Notes under the pieces: generated by a model
Database searches by the model: none
Told to the model about the DNA's origin: nothing
What the model saw: only the letters and a program-made list of their open reading frames with translations
Made by a program: the position numbers and the translations under genes
DNA from: the human T2T-CHM13v2.0 reference genome, Homo sapiens
DNA: 64,000 nucleotides
NCBI RefSeq assembly: GCF_009914755.1
Contig: NC_060940.1
Reading direction: 5' to 3' (one strand)
Shown here: one piece after another, positions 1 through 13,502 of the stretch
Layout of the letters: each line of letters opens with the position of its first letter
How positions within the stretch are numbered: the stretch's first letter is position 1

Positions 1-1164
1 CCATCAGTTTCCACAAGAACTGTTGGTAATGACTCCTTCTTCCCTCCCTTCTGGCTGGCTGTCCATTTTGTTGAGGGCTGGGTTGTTTATATGAGAAAAA
101 TTCTGGTCCTGTGTTAGAAGGCATGCTTGCTGCTAAAGACAGGTGCTGATAGAACAGTGCAGAGGGCATGATGCTTATGAATGGAGTCACAAAATATCCC
201 ACTCCACTAACCCTGCCCCACACACCAGCATCAGCTGCTTGATTGCTTATAAGCTCACAGTTCTAGCAGAGATCAGAAACTTGGAGGAGATGTCAGTGGC
301 TCTGAGAACCAACTCACATTACTTATTTATTTCCCCCCAACCATTGTTGAAGAGTATTTAGCAAGTATATTTCCTGAAGGTGGTTCTTTTTGTAAGAAAC
401 CCCAACGGTGATTTAATTAAGCCTACATAAATGCTAAGTGGGATTCAAACAGAATGGGATTTGCTGATTTGTCTGTGTTGAAATAAATTCCTTGTTCTGT
501 TCTAATTGAATAGATTGAACACAGACTGTATTTGTTCTTATCCTGCAGCCGCTTTCACAGGAGCGATAAATTGGAAATGTTATCTGGCTTGATATGCCAG
601 TTTTTCTGAGAAAATCACTCTGCCAGTGGTGAGAGAATGGAAGAGCTGAAAACATCTTCTTTTTTCAAAGTCATATGTCACGAACCAAGGAGACTCCAAA
701 AAATAAATTATGGAAGATTATGACCACTGCTGCCAAGGATACAGTGAAATAGGTACATCTTGTATGCCCAGTAATGTTGAAAATTAATATAACCTTATTT
801 AAAAAGCAATTTGGAGATGTTGAAAGAAAGCCTGAAGATTACCACCATGCTTCATGATTCTATCCAGGTGTCCTACATATGAGAGCCAATTCCAAAGAAA
901 TAACTACAACTTGGAAAAAACTATATGCATAAAGATGTTCATTATGGTGTTAGCTATAGCAGCAAAACAAAAAAAAAAAAAACACAGAAAATGTTTGCAA
1001 GAATTCCCAAATAGAAAATTATTAAGTCAGCTATGACATTTTCCCAGTAGGATATTCTGCAGCACTTAATATGAAAGTCACTAAGTTTACATGGAAAAAT
1101 ACCTGAAGCATAATCTTAAGTTAAAATAAATCTAAATATACTTATATGCTATAGTTGCACTTTT

Positions 1165-1460
1165 TAAAAAATATGACAGACAGCATGAAATATCCAGAAT
1201 AGGCAAATTCATAGAGACCAAAAGACAGGCATAGTGGTTGCCACAGGCTGGAGGAAGAAAAGAATGTGGAGTGACTGCTAATGCATAAAATGGGTTTCCT
1301 TTTGGGGTGATAAAAATGTTCCAGAACAAGATATGGGTGATGGTTGCACAACATTGTAATAATATAATAATGTAATAATGCCACTACGTTGTACACATTA
1401 AAGTGGTTAAAATGGTACATTTTATGTTATGTGTATTTACCACATTTAAAAAAATAAAAT
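1165..1460 (+). mobile_element. Old L1 (L1MB/L1ME-type) 3' end fragment
   Basis: Resembles old L1 3' UTR (ATGAAATATCCAGAATAGGCAAATTCATAGAGAC...GGTGATGGTTGCACAACATTGT...TTTATGTTATGTGTATTTACCAC), followed by an A-rich tail. Confidence 0.7.
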
Positions 1461-1744
1461 GACAAAGGATGAAAAATGAAAGTACCTAAAAATTGGACAG
1501 CATTTGTTTTAGGAGGATGGGATTATGGGTGGATTTTCTAAGTTTTTGAAATTTTCTGTAATCTTGGTATTAGAGAAAGGCAGAATCAGACAGTATTAGA
1601 ATGCAGCCAAGAAGCCTCGGGGCTGTGATTTCCCTAAACCCCATGCCTTTCTCCAACTACTGTAGACCTGGATATCCAAACCTGGAAACTGAGGCAAAGC
1701 CACTGCAAAGGACTGGACTTATGAGAGAAACAGCAGGGAGCGGG

Positions 1745-2045
1745 GGAAGAGGGGTAGTTAATGAGTACAAAAATACAGCTAGACAGAATGAATAAGGTTT
1801 AGTATCTGATAGTACAACAGGGTAATTACAGTCAATAATAATTTATTGTACATTTTAAAAATATAACTGAAAGAGTATAGTTTGTAACACAAAGAAATGA
1901 TAAATGTTTGAGGTGATGGATACCAAATTGACCCTGATGTGTTTATTACACATTGTATGCCTGTATCAAAATATTCCATGTGTCCATACATACATATACC
2001 TACTATGTACCCATAGAAATTAAAAATTTATAAAGTATAACAAAA
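1745..2045 (+). mobile_element. L1MA-type 3' end fragment
   Basis: L1MA-like 3' UTR (GTACAAAAATACAGCTAGACAGAATGAATAAG...TGAGGTGATGGATACC...TACCTACTATGTACCCATAGAAATTAAAA). Confidence 0.75.
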
Positions 2046-3685
2046 GAAAGAGGGGGGGAATAAACTAAGAAATTCAGTGTATAGAAAATTTTCAGTGCTT
2101 CAGAATTGCCTGCATTCCTCTTCACAATCGTTATTCACTTTCTCCTCCTCACAGTGTACCATCATAATCCATTATAATACAGTACCATGGTGTAGTTTTG
2201 TCTGTTTTTGAACTTTATATAAATGGAACCATATAAAGGGTCTTCTTTGTGTTTAGCTTCTTCCACGAAAAACTATAGAGTTATCTATATTATCACACAT
2301 ATCAATAGTTCATTTCTATTATATCATAATACATTCATAATACCATATGAATGAACCAGAGAAATGACCTGCTTTATGTTTTTAAAGAGTTTGTGGCATC
2401 TGGTTTTAACTCCAATATGTAAAGAGCTTGGAAGCCATCTTTCCTTCCACCACAACAAGAAAACAGCTGAACTGAAAATCAATGACTTTTCTTAGATCCA
2501 TTAAAGAATTGAGATTGCAGGACACACTACCACCCTGAAAACTGGAGAGAGGAAAAATACAGAGAGGAAGCAGATCAGCTTACCTGAAGCAGAGGCCGCT
2601 GGAATCTGTGACAGGTAGGAACATTTAAACCGTACCTTTGATGACTTACTGGAAGCTGAGTGTGGACCAGATTGAGAGCCTGGTTTGAGGGAGGTCTCCA
2701 CGCTTCTGTGTGTTTTATCTCCAGGAGTCCCACTAGGTTCCCACAATGAAGATCAGAGAAAAACAGTGAAAAAATCCCTCACGTTTGTTCAAGGGAAGAG
2801 AAAGTAGCCATTCTGATGTAAGCCCACAGGTTTGTCCATAACAAAGATCTACCCAGGAAGGGAAAATACTTTACTAGTTTCTTCTCCCAAATGAAGAAAA
2901 AGAAATACCCAACTCCAGCTCCCTGTAGCCTTCCTGTCCCACTAAACAGAAGATATAAAGCTTAGAGGCATCTTAGAGGTAACAGACTCCCTAAAAGACT
3001 AAAGCTTAATCATAGGATTACAGAACACCTCACCTTTTCCCACATCTTACTGCATTATAGAGCTCCTGTATAATAATAGTGGATTACAGCTAAAAGAGCT
3101 ATAAGATTTAGATTTATTTAAGAAGGAGTTTCTAGGGAAACCCAGAGACAACCAGGGAGACAAAAACAAGTGTCATTAAAGTAAATGTGAGCCTCTGACT
3201 CCTACAGCTGTATAAAATGGTAAACACAACCTAACTCCTAGCCTGATAAACAGAAAACTTCAGTAAATGCATATCCACCTTTGTTGTCATTATCCAAATA
3301 TGTCATGTTCAGTTTCCAACATAAAACTACAAAACGTGCTCAAAGACAAATAAAAACACAGTCTGAAAAGAAAAAACAAGCATCCAGACCAGACTTAGAT
3401 ATGGAAGAGATTTGGGAATTATCAAGCCAGGTATTTAAAATAACTACATATATGCTAGGGGCTGTAATGGAAAAAGTAGACAACATGTAGGATTAGATGG
3501 ATAATGTAAGCAAATAGATGAAAAATATAAGAAAGAATTAAAATGAAATGATAGAAATCAAAATAATCACATCACAAAGAAATAAATTGTGATGGCCTCA
3601 TCAGTTAGTTGAAGAAAGAATCAGTGAGCTGGATGTATTGTCAATAAAAAATTTTCTCAACTGAAATGCAAAAAAAGATAAACAA

Positions 3686-4025
3686 GCCGGGCACAGTGGC
3701 TCACACCTGTAATAAACAGGCCAGGCATGGTGGCTCCACTTTGAGAGGCTGAGACAGGCAGATCACTTGAGGTCAGGAGTTTTAGACCAGCCTGGCCAAC
3801 ATGGTGAAACCCCGTCTCTACTATAAATACAAAAATAAGCTGGGCATTGTGGTGTGTGCCTGTAGTCCCAGCCACTCGGGAGGCTGAGGCAGGAGAATCA
3901 CTTGAACCTGGGAGGTGGAGGCTTCAGTGAGCCAAGTTCATGCCACTGTACTCCAACCTGGACAGCAGAGTGAGACTCTAAAATCAATGAATCAATGAAT
4001 CAATGAATCAATCAATCAATCAATA
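3686..4025 (+). mobile_element. AluS element with duplicated 5' start and (AATC/AATG)n tail
   Basis: Dimeric Alu sequence inside the L1 ORF1 remnant; tail has become a tetranucleotide repeat. Confidence 0.9.
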
Positions 4026-4536
4026 ATAGAATATCCAGGAACTGTGAGACAATTTTAAAAGGTATAATGCATACAAAGTTGGAAAACCAGAAGGAAGAAA
4101 GTAGCAGAAAAATTGTTTGAAGTAATAGTGATGGGAAATTTTCCAAAATTAATGACAGAAACTAAACCACAGGCATAGTAATCTCAGAGAACAACAACCA
4201 TCATTATCAAAATATCTATCTAGGCATACCATATTTAAATTGAAGAAAACTAAATACAAACAGACAGGCTTAAAAGAAGCGAGAGGGAAAAATCAACCAC
4301 CTTCTCTACAGAGAAACAAGAATAAGAATTGCAACAGATTTGTCATCAGAAACTACGCAAGCAAGGAGAGAGTGGAATAAGATCTTCAGGGTTGAAAAAA
4401 ATAAAACTCCACCAACATAGACATTTGCATCAAGCAAATTTTTTTCTCAAAAGTAAAGGAGTAGATATTCTCAGACAAGCAAAAACTGAGGAAATTTGTT
4501 GTGAGCAGACTTGCTTACAAGAAATGTTAAAAGAAG

Positions 4537-4822
4537 GCCAGGTGCAGTGGCTCATGCCGGTAATCCCAGAATTTTGGGAGGATGAGGCAGGGAGATCACT
4601 TGAGGTCAAGAGTTCCAGATCAGCCTGGCCAACATGGTGAAACCCTGTCTCTACTAAAAATACAAAAATCAGCTGGGCTTGGTGGTGCACACCCATAATT
4701 CCAGCTACCTGGGAAGCTGAGGCACACGAATTGCCTGAACCCAGGAGGCAGAGGTTGCAGTGAGCTGAGATCATGCCACTGCAATCCAGCCTGGGCAGCA
4801 GAGTGAGACCCTGTCTCAAAAG
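4537..4822 (+). mobile_element. AluS (Sx/Sz-like) element
   Basis: GGCCAGGTGCAGTGGCTCATG...GAGACCCTGTCTCAAAA, full dimer. Confidence 0.92.
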
Positions 4823-4948
4823 AAAGGAGGAAGGAAGGAGGGAAGAAGGGAAGGAGGGAAGGAGGAAAGGAGGGAAGAAGGGAAGAAAGGAAGGAAGGAA
4901 GGAAGGAAAGAAGGAAGGAAGAAAAGAAGGAAGGAAGGAAGGAAAAAA
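4823..4948. repeat. (GGAA)n / GA-rich microsatellite at the Alu tail
   Basis: Pure purine tract of GGAA/GGAG units directly after the Alu. Confidence 0.95.
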
Positions 4949-5286
4949 GTTCTCCAGAGAAAAGAAAAATGATATAGGTCGGAAACTCAGATCTACATAA
5001 AGAAAGGAAGAATAATAGAGAAATAATCAGTGAAAGGTAAATGAAATCTTTTATTTTTGTAATTTCTAATTGATCTAAAAAGATAGCTGTTCAAAGTAAT
5101 AATAGCAACAATATATTGGTTGAGTATAGCAGATGAAATGAACAGGCTGGTATTATAAGAGATAAGAGGGATGAATTGGAAATACTGTGGTATAAGGTAC
5201 CTTCACTACCTATGAAGTAGAGAGGTATTATTTAAAAGCATAATTAGATTATTTTAAAATGTGTATTACACTCAAAAGCAGCCACT

Positions 5287-5610
5287 ATTTTTATCAATAT
5301 ATAATAATTGTACATTTTTGGGTGGCAGATGTGATATTTTGGTACCTGTAACATTGTACAACATGTACCCTGATACCATGTACCCTAATACAAATCAGGG
5401 TAATTATATTATCCATCACCTCAAACATGTATCTTTTCTTTGTGATGGGAACATTATAGCTTTTTCTCTTCTAGCTATTTTGAAATATACAATTATTGTT
5501 TACTATAATTTCCCTACTGTACTATTTAACACCAGAACATATTCCTTCTATCTAATTGTATTTTTGTACCTGTTAACTTTTTACCTCCCACACCCCATCC
5601 TCCACCACAT
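5287..5610 (-). mobile_element. L1MA-type 3' fragment inserted antisense in the L1MC
   Basis: T-rich start, then ATAATTGTACATTTTTGGG...ATCACCTCAAACATGTATCTTTTCTTTGTG...CCAGAACATATTCCTTCTATCTAATTGTA, the reverse complement of an L1MA 3' UTR. Confidence 0.75.
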
Positions 5611-7037
5611 ATAATTGATATGCTAAGAGAAGAGGGAACATGGAGTTATATCAAGTGTTCTATTAAAACCAGCAAAGGCAGAAAAAGAGGGGAGGATAAG
5701 AAAGAAAGAGCAAGTGCAATGAAAAGAGAAAGAGCAAGTGCAATGAATAGAAAAAGCTACAAACATGATAGATATTAATCCAGGTATATCAATAATAAAC
5801 TTAAATGTGAACAGTTTAAATATACTAGTTAAAAGACAGAGACTGTCACATTGGATTATTTTTAAAACAAAGCCAAGATTTATCTATGTGTTCTCTATAA
5901 GAACCCCATTTTAAATATAAATACACAGATAGATTAAAAATAAATGCATGGAAAAAGATATACTATTCTAACACATTAACACTAATCAAAAGAAACCTGG
6001 AGGATCTATATTAATTTCAATCAAAGCAGACTTTAGAGCAAATAAAATTGTCAGAAGTAAAGAGGAGCATGGCATAATGATAAAGGAACCAATTCTCCAA
6101 GAAGAAATAACAATCTTTAAGGTGTATACAACTAACTACAGAGCATCAAATTACATGAGGCAAAAATAGATAGAACTGAAAGGAGAAATAGATAAATCCA
6201 CTATTAAAACCGGTGACTCCAACACCCATCTATCAGTAATTGACAAATCTATCACACAAACATCAGTGAGGATGCAGCTGAACTGAACAACACCATCAGT
6301 AACTGAATCTAATTAATATATGTAGAGTACTCCATCCAGTACAGCAGGATGCATTCTTCTCAAGCTCATATAGAAAATTCACCAAGTAGACTACATTCTG
6401 GGTTGTATAATACACCTTAACAAGTTTGAGAGTGTGCTGTCAAATAACAATGGAATTAAATTAGAAATCATTAACAGAAAGACAGCTCAAAAAATCCCCA
6501 CATACTTGAAGATTAAATAACACACTTCTAAATTATACATGGGTCAGAGAAGAAGTCTCAAGATAAATTTTTAAAAATATTTTAAACTAAACAAAATGGT
6601 AATATTAAAATATTAGGACACAGTGAAACAGTGCTTAGAAAGAAATACAGAGCATTGAATATGTATTTTAGAAAAGAAAAAAAAGGATCAAAATCAATAA
6701 TTTAAGCTTCTACCTTGGGAAACTACATAAAGAAGAACAAAATAAACCTAAAGCAAACAGCAGGAAATAATAATAAAAATTAAAACAGAAAATGGTAAGA
6801 TTGAAAACTGGATGTTAATAGAGAAAATCAGTTCAACCAAAATCAGTTTTTTTAGAAAAAATCAATGAAATTCATAAACCTCTCATCAAGCTAACCAAGA
6901 AAAAATGGAAAAGACACAAATTACTAACATCAGAAATGAAAGAGGGAACACCATGATTGAGCCCATGGGCATTTAAAGGAGAATAAAGAAAATTATGAAT
7001 ACCTCCATGACTCCAAATTTGATAACTTAGATAAAAT

Positions 7038-8014
7038 TGAAGTGGGGTATTTCCCTGACCCCTTCACAGGACATGCAAAGGGGTGCCTTGTTGACTCAGC
7101 CTGCAGTACTCAACTCCTTGTGAGAGGGACCATGCAAGCAAACGAGGCAGGAAGTGGAGTGTGTGGTCACTGGAACTAGACGGCTGCTTTGGTGCCAGCA
7201 GAGGCAAACTCCACTCACTTGGACCTGCTGGGCTTCCCCCTTTGTGGGAAGGAGCACACAGGTGAGCAGGAGCAGGAGCCAGGGCAAGCAAGCACTTTTG
7301 GGAGCTGGCAGGAGTGAACTCCACACAGGGCCCCATAGCAGCATCTGGCAGAGAGGTGCCCATATCCCCAGAAACCCCAGAAAAAGTCTTACAGTGCTCT
7401 TTTAGCTCTGTTGACTGCAGATGGCTTAAATGTTACCAGCTCAGTATACTCTCTGCCTTTTCTCATGAGGCAGCTGCCTTCCATCAGTGAGGGCAAAGTG
7501 TCAGTGTGACAGCCTTTTGCATCTAGACTTGTGGTAGCTGAGCTCTTGTCTGAAATCTAGGAGAAATGAAGTCACACAAATGAATCGAAGGTTAGTAAAT
7601 GTGGGGAATTTTATTGCCAATGAAATTGACTCTCAGTGGGAAGGGGAGCTGAAAAGGGGACGTGATGGAAAAGTAATCTTTCTTGAAGTCCGGCTGTCTC
7701 CAGCCAGATTCTTCTCTGAAGTTATGTAATCAAGCTGTCCCTCTGAAGTCAAGCTGCTTCTCTCTGATGTACAACCAGAGTCTCCAATGTCCAACTGCTT
7801 CTCTCTGCCAGCTGGGTCTGGGGTTTTTATAGGCACAGGATTGGGGGCAGTGTGGGCCATGGGTGGTTTTGGAAAAGGCGATATTCAAGCGGGAAAACAG
7901 GGATGTAAGTTCTCACTTTGGGCTGTGGTTTCAGGTTTTTGGGCTTGAGGGTGGGGCCCTTGCCGGGGACCCTCCCTCTTCTACCTAGAATTTCCCTGCC
8001 TTCTGTCCATATCA
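7038..8014 (-). mobile_element. ERV1-class solo LTR (LTR1/LTR28/MER52 group)
   Basis: TG...CA termini. Minus strand begins TGATATGGACAGAAGGCAGGGAAATTCTAGGTAGAAGAGGG. 4-bp TSD AAAT at 7034-7037 and 8015-8018. L1 ORF2 sequence resumes seamlessly on both sides. Confidence 0.88.
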
Positions 8015-10993
8015 AAATCAATCAATTCCTTGAAAGACACAAGCTACCAAAGCTCACACAAAGAGGAACAGATAATCTAAAGGGGTCTATATCTATTAAA
8101 TACAATTTTTTTTGGTTAAAAATCTTCCTAAAAAGAAAAAATCCAGGCACAGATAATTCCATTGCTTAATTCTACCAAACATCTAGGGAAGAAATGATAC
8201 CAATTTTGTACAATGTGTTCAAGAAGATAGAAGCAGAGGGAAGACTTTCTAACTCATTCTATGAAACCAGCATTATGTTAAGACCAAAACCAGATAAAGA
8301 CATTATTTTAAAAAATCTATACACCCACGTCATAGATGTAAAACTCCTCAACAATATCTTAGAAAACAGAATACAAAATATATAAAAAAATATAAAATAT
8401 ACATAAATATATATATAAATATATAAAAATAATTATACACCTCAAGTAGGGTTTATTCTAGGCTTGCAAGGCTGGTTCAACATTAAAAATCAATTAATGT
8501 AATCAATCATATCAACAGGTTAAAGAATAAAAATTGTATGATTATATTAATAGATGTAGAAAAAGTATTTGACAAAACCTAACATCCATTCAAAATACAA
8601 ACTCTCAGAAAACTAGGAAAACAGGAACATTTCCAAACTTCCTCAACTTGATAAAATTATCTACAAAAAACTCCAGCTAACTTCATACATAATGGTGAGA
8701 AACTTGATACTTTCACCTCAAGATCAGAAATAAGGAAATAATGTCTCCTCTTGCCATTCCTTCTCAACACTATCTCAGAACTTGTAGCTAATGGAATACC
8801 ATAAGAAAAGAAAATAAGAGGTATACAGATGGGAAGGAAGAAATAAATTATCTTTGTTTGCAGATTATATTATTGCCTATGTAGAAAATTCCAAAGAACT
8901 GGACAAAAAAATCCAGAACTAATAAATTATTATGGCAAAATCAAAGAATGTAAGGTCATTATACAAACATCAATTTGCCCCCAATATGGTAGCAATGAAC
9001 AACTGAAGTTTGAAATTAAAAGTAAGATATAATTTGCATCAGCACCAAAAAAAGATCTCACAAAATGTGTGTAGGATCTATATGAGAAAAACTATAAAAC
9101 TCTGATGGATGACATCAAAGATCATTTAAATAAAGAGGTGTTCATTTTCCTTGATAGAAAGACTTGATATAGTTAAGATATCAATTCCTCACAACTTTAC
9201 AATCTGTAGACTCAGCACAATTACTACCAAAATATCACCAAGTTATTTTGTGAATATTGACAATTTGATTCTAAAGTTTATATAGAAAGGCAAAAGAAAC
9301 AACTATATAACTCAAGACTGAAGAATAAAAAAGTCAGAGAACTAATGCTATCGGATATTAAGACTTACCACAAAATGACAACAATCATGTTAACAAGGTA
9401 TTGGTGAAAGAATAGATGAATGATAAATGGAAGAGAATAGAGTACCCAGATGTAGACCCACACAAATATAGCCAACTAATCTTTGACAAATGAGCAACAA
9501 TAAGACAATGGAGAAAGGATAGTCTTTTCAAGAAATGGTACTGAAACTTCTGGACTTTGGTATGCAAAAAAAAGAGAATCTTTTATAAAAATTAGCTCAA
9601 AATAGATGTTACACATAAATTGCAAAATTACAAAACTTCTATAAGGTAATGTAGGAGAAACCTGAGGTGACCTTGGGTTTGGTGGTGAGTTTTTAGATTC
9701 AACATCAAAAGCACACTCAGTAACAGAAACACAATACAAGTCATGTATCTGTTAAAGAACTTTTATCCAAAATGTACAAAGAACTCTTAAAACTCAACAG
9801 TAAGAAAACAAATAACCTGATTAAAAATGAACAAAAGATTTGAAAGACACCTGAAAAACATATACAGAGAGCAAATAAGCACACAAAAAGATGCTCAGTC
9901 CCATATGTCATTAGGTAACCACAAATTAAGACAAAAGTGATAGTACTACACACCTGTTAGAATGGCTAAAACCAAAAAAAAAAAAAAAAAAAAAAAACTC
10001 ACAACACCAAATGCTGGCAAGGGTGCAGAGAAACAACACTTACTTGCTGCTGGTGGGATGCTAAATGGTGCAGCCATTTTGGAAGACAGCTTGCAGCTTC
10101 TTGCAAAGCTAAGCATAGCCTCACTATATGAGTGTAGCAATCACGCTCCTAGCTATTTACCACAAAGAGTTGAAATTTATGCATGCACAAAAACCTGCAA
10201 TGTGAACGTTTACGGCAGCTTTATTTGTAATGGCCAAAGTCTGGAAACAACCAAGATGCTCTTCAATAGGTGAATGAATAATCTTTAGTATATCCATACA
10301 ATGGACTATTATTCAATGGCTAAAATGAAATGAGCTATCAACCCACAAAGAGACATGGAGGAACCTTAAATGTATTTCGCTTAGTGAAGAAACCAGTCTG
10401 GAAAGCCTACACACCATATGATTCTAATTAGATGACATTTTGGAAAAGACATTACTATAGACAGGGAAACAATCAGTGCTTGCTGGGGGCTTGGTGGAAG
10501 GGCACGTGCATGACTCCTGTAGTGACAACTCCTGCTGAAAGCAGGCTCACAGGCAAAAATTACAAAATAAATTATATTAAAGACTACATAAATACTGGGA
10601 GAATTTACTACCAAAGGGAGGGAAAAGATGAATAGAGGAAGCATTAGAGATTTTCTGCGTGGTGAAACTATTCTGCATAATACCATAAGGGTGGATGCAC
10701 GTCATTATTCATTTGTCAAAACCCATAGAACCAGACAACATAAAGAAAGGAACATCATGTAAACGAAGGACTCTAGTTAATAGTAATGTATAAAATTGTA
10801 ACAAATATGCCACACTAATGCAAGATGTTAATAATAGGAGAAATGGTATGCTAGAGGTAGAGAGTAGGGGTGGGGTGCATATATGGAAGTCTGTATTATC
10901 TGCTCAATATTTCTGTACATCTAAAACTGTACTAAAACTGAAGCCCATTTAAAAAATAAAAAATAAAATTAGCTGAGTGCAAATGATGGTTTA

Positions 10994-11355
<362 letters not shown>

Positions 11356-11639
11356 ACACGAACAAGAAAAAGGAATTCTATTAATTTTTTTGTAAAGCTT
11401 GCCACAGCTGCCAAAGTAATCTATACCTTATTCCTGATAAGGGATGCCATTGGTAGGTAGGGGTGAAAATATCTTAGAAATGCAACCTTCCTTCTAATTC
11501 ATTAATATTTCTTTTCAGAGGTTTTACGGGTGCTTTAGCTGTCTTTTTGTGTCTTTTTTCACCTGGTGACAAAGAGCTGCAATTTTCCTACCTATCAATT
11601 TGGCAGTCTGTGTGACATTTGATGGAACAACTTATAGAG

Positions 11640-11840
11640 TATGGTGGTGCTTATATTTCTATAGTCAGTCTTCCTGGGTTCAGTTTCAGCCCCATGACTT
11701 AACAAGCCTATGAGTCTGAGTTTTAACAAATAGCATAGAGGAAATGTTAATATTTACCTCAAAGATTGTTGTAAGGATTAAATAAACTAATCTCTGGTTC
11801 CCATTAGATGTGTTCAATAGATGTGAGCTGTTATTTTTAT
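11640..11840 (+). mobile_element. MIR remnant
   Basis: GTCAGTCTTCCTGGGTTC...TTACCTCAAAGATTGTTGTAAGGATTAAAT...TCAATAGATGTGAGCTGTTATT. Confidence 0.65.
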
Positions 11841-13449
11841 TATTTATATAAGTCTTACCCAATGCTTACATCAAATAGGGGAAAGATGAAAGATTCCAGC
11901 TCAAATTATTTCTGGACTATCAAAGTGCATAAAAGCAAAACTAAGATAGGATGCTTAGAAGCTGTGGAAACACAGCCGAGAGGAAAAAAAAAAGGAGAGA
12001 AATACAGGTCAGGATAGCTTGAAATCTCCTCTGCCCTTGATCTGGGCATCCAATATAGCTCACCCCAAATCCCTTTAATAATCCCCTTCTGTAAACTTGA
12101 CCCTAACCTTGTGCTCTCCTGGGCAGGAAATAGTGATAAAGTCTGAGGTTTTACCTCTAAGGTTCTCGGTGACCCCTGGCCTGAGCCTCCACCTCTTGAA
12201 CCTGAAATCACGAAGGGTCAAGACCCTGATTATTTCTTGTGCTCTCTCCCTCTCTCTCGGTGTTTATATTTTGCTCCACATGCCTGGGGCCCATCAAAGG
12301 GAGAGGAACATGTTCAGAAAATAAATAGCATTGCTGTCTTATGCTTTGCTTGCTAGAAGCTGTTTATATAATATAATCTGGTTTCTTCACTTTGGGGAAC
12401 TTAAGGCACAGAAATTGCTTTCCCTCAAGTCTTAATATCATAGGACTCAAAAGAGACCCAAAAGAACTTCATGGGACCATGGTTCCCTCCACAGACATGT
12501 TGCCAAATAGTTTCTTTCCCTTCATGTTTGAAAGTTGCTTCTTCAATCAACATGCCAAAAACATCTTCAGAAGCACTGATACTCTGTTGCCTCGGGCTGC
12601 GACATGTGGCTTATGCTAAATTCTTTTCTCTCTCTCATCCTTGCTAGGCTGCATTTGTAACCAAGCCGTGGTCCTTTTCATTGCATCTTGCCAGAATGAA
12701 GAAGAGCTGATCTCTCCAGTTCCTGTTATTCCCCTTACATTGCCCACATTTATTGCTCAATAAACCACAGAAATCCTTCTGTAACCCTCGTTCTTCTCCT
12801 CTCTTCCCCCTTTCACTATTGAATTTAAAACTCATGCATTAGGCATGTGCTTTGTGATATTTGTGTCACCTCTCTAAACTGTAGTGCAAAAAAGAGGAAG
12901 AAAAGGCATCTGCTCAAATTGACATTTCCATCTCGGCTCACTCATTTGAGAGTGACAGGCTATAATTTGCCAACAGGTTCACATCCAAATGCATAGGTTA
13001 GTGCTGACATCAGGTGATTTTTCCACCATTGCCATCTCCAGCTCATGCATGCTACACAGGAGGCCACGCTTAAGTCAGCAGATATTGCAGGGAAAAGGAA
13101 GAGAAAAAAAGGAGAAAGCTCTTGATTTCCCTAAGCCTCTTAATGCACCAAACACAATGATATACTTAGGTCTATTTGGTGGAGCAGGTGGGTGGGTCAG
13201 AGCATGCATTGGAATGCTGTGTGGGTTGAGAAAACTGGGTTTTCTCTTATGTGCACTCAATCTGTGCAAACACACTTACCCTTTGACTCTGTGAGTAAAC
13301 AGACTTTTTAGCCAGGAAAACCAGGATCAATTCCTGGCTCTGAAGACCAAGACCGAGGTGAGAGAGGAAACATAGTTCCCTCCTGCTTCCAGTGGTCTTT
13401 CCCTATCCAGTTACGTGCCTCCACCAGCCACAACAAGGTCCACTTGCTA

Positions 13450-13502
13450 TTAGACTGGTGCAATGAATGGCAAAAAACACAATTACTTTTGCACCAACCT
13501 AG
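13450..13502. mobile_element. MADE1 (Hsmar1-derived MITE), internally deleted
   Basis: TTAGACTGGTGCAA...AATGGCAAAAAACACAATTACTTTTGCACCAACCTAG with inverted termini and flanking TA dinucleotides. Confidence 0.8.

Larger units (their letters stand above)
2400..10970 (+). mobile_element. Near full-length degenerate LINE-1 (L1MC-type 3' end) with 5' region, ORF1 and ORF2 remnants; interrupted by younger insertions
   Basis: A-rich plus strand. ORF1-like remnant ~3440-5000. ORF2-like remnant ~5770-10300; ORF-track fragments such as NQFLERHKLPKLTQ and IPILYNVFKKIEAEGRLSNSFYETSIMLRPKPDKD resemble L1 ORF2p. L1MC-like 3' UTR (CATTTGTCAAAACCCATAGAA...CTAAAACTGTACTAAAA) and A tail. Many stops and frameshifts. 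Confidence 0.85.

Noticed and set aside
2400-10970. L1 ORF1/ORF2 as functional CDS
   Set aside because: Broken by many stops, frameshifts and insertions; only short peptide remnants survive.
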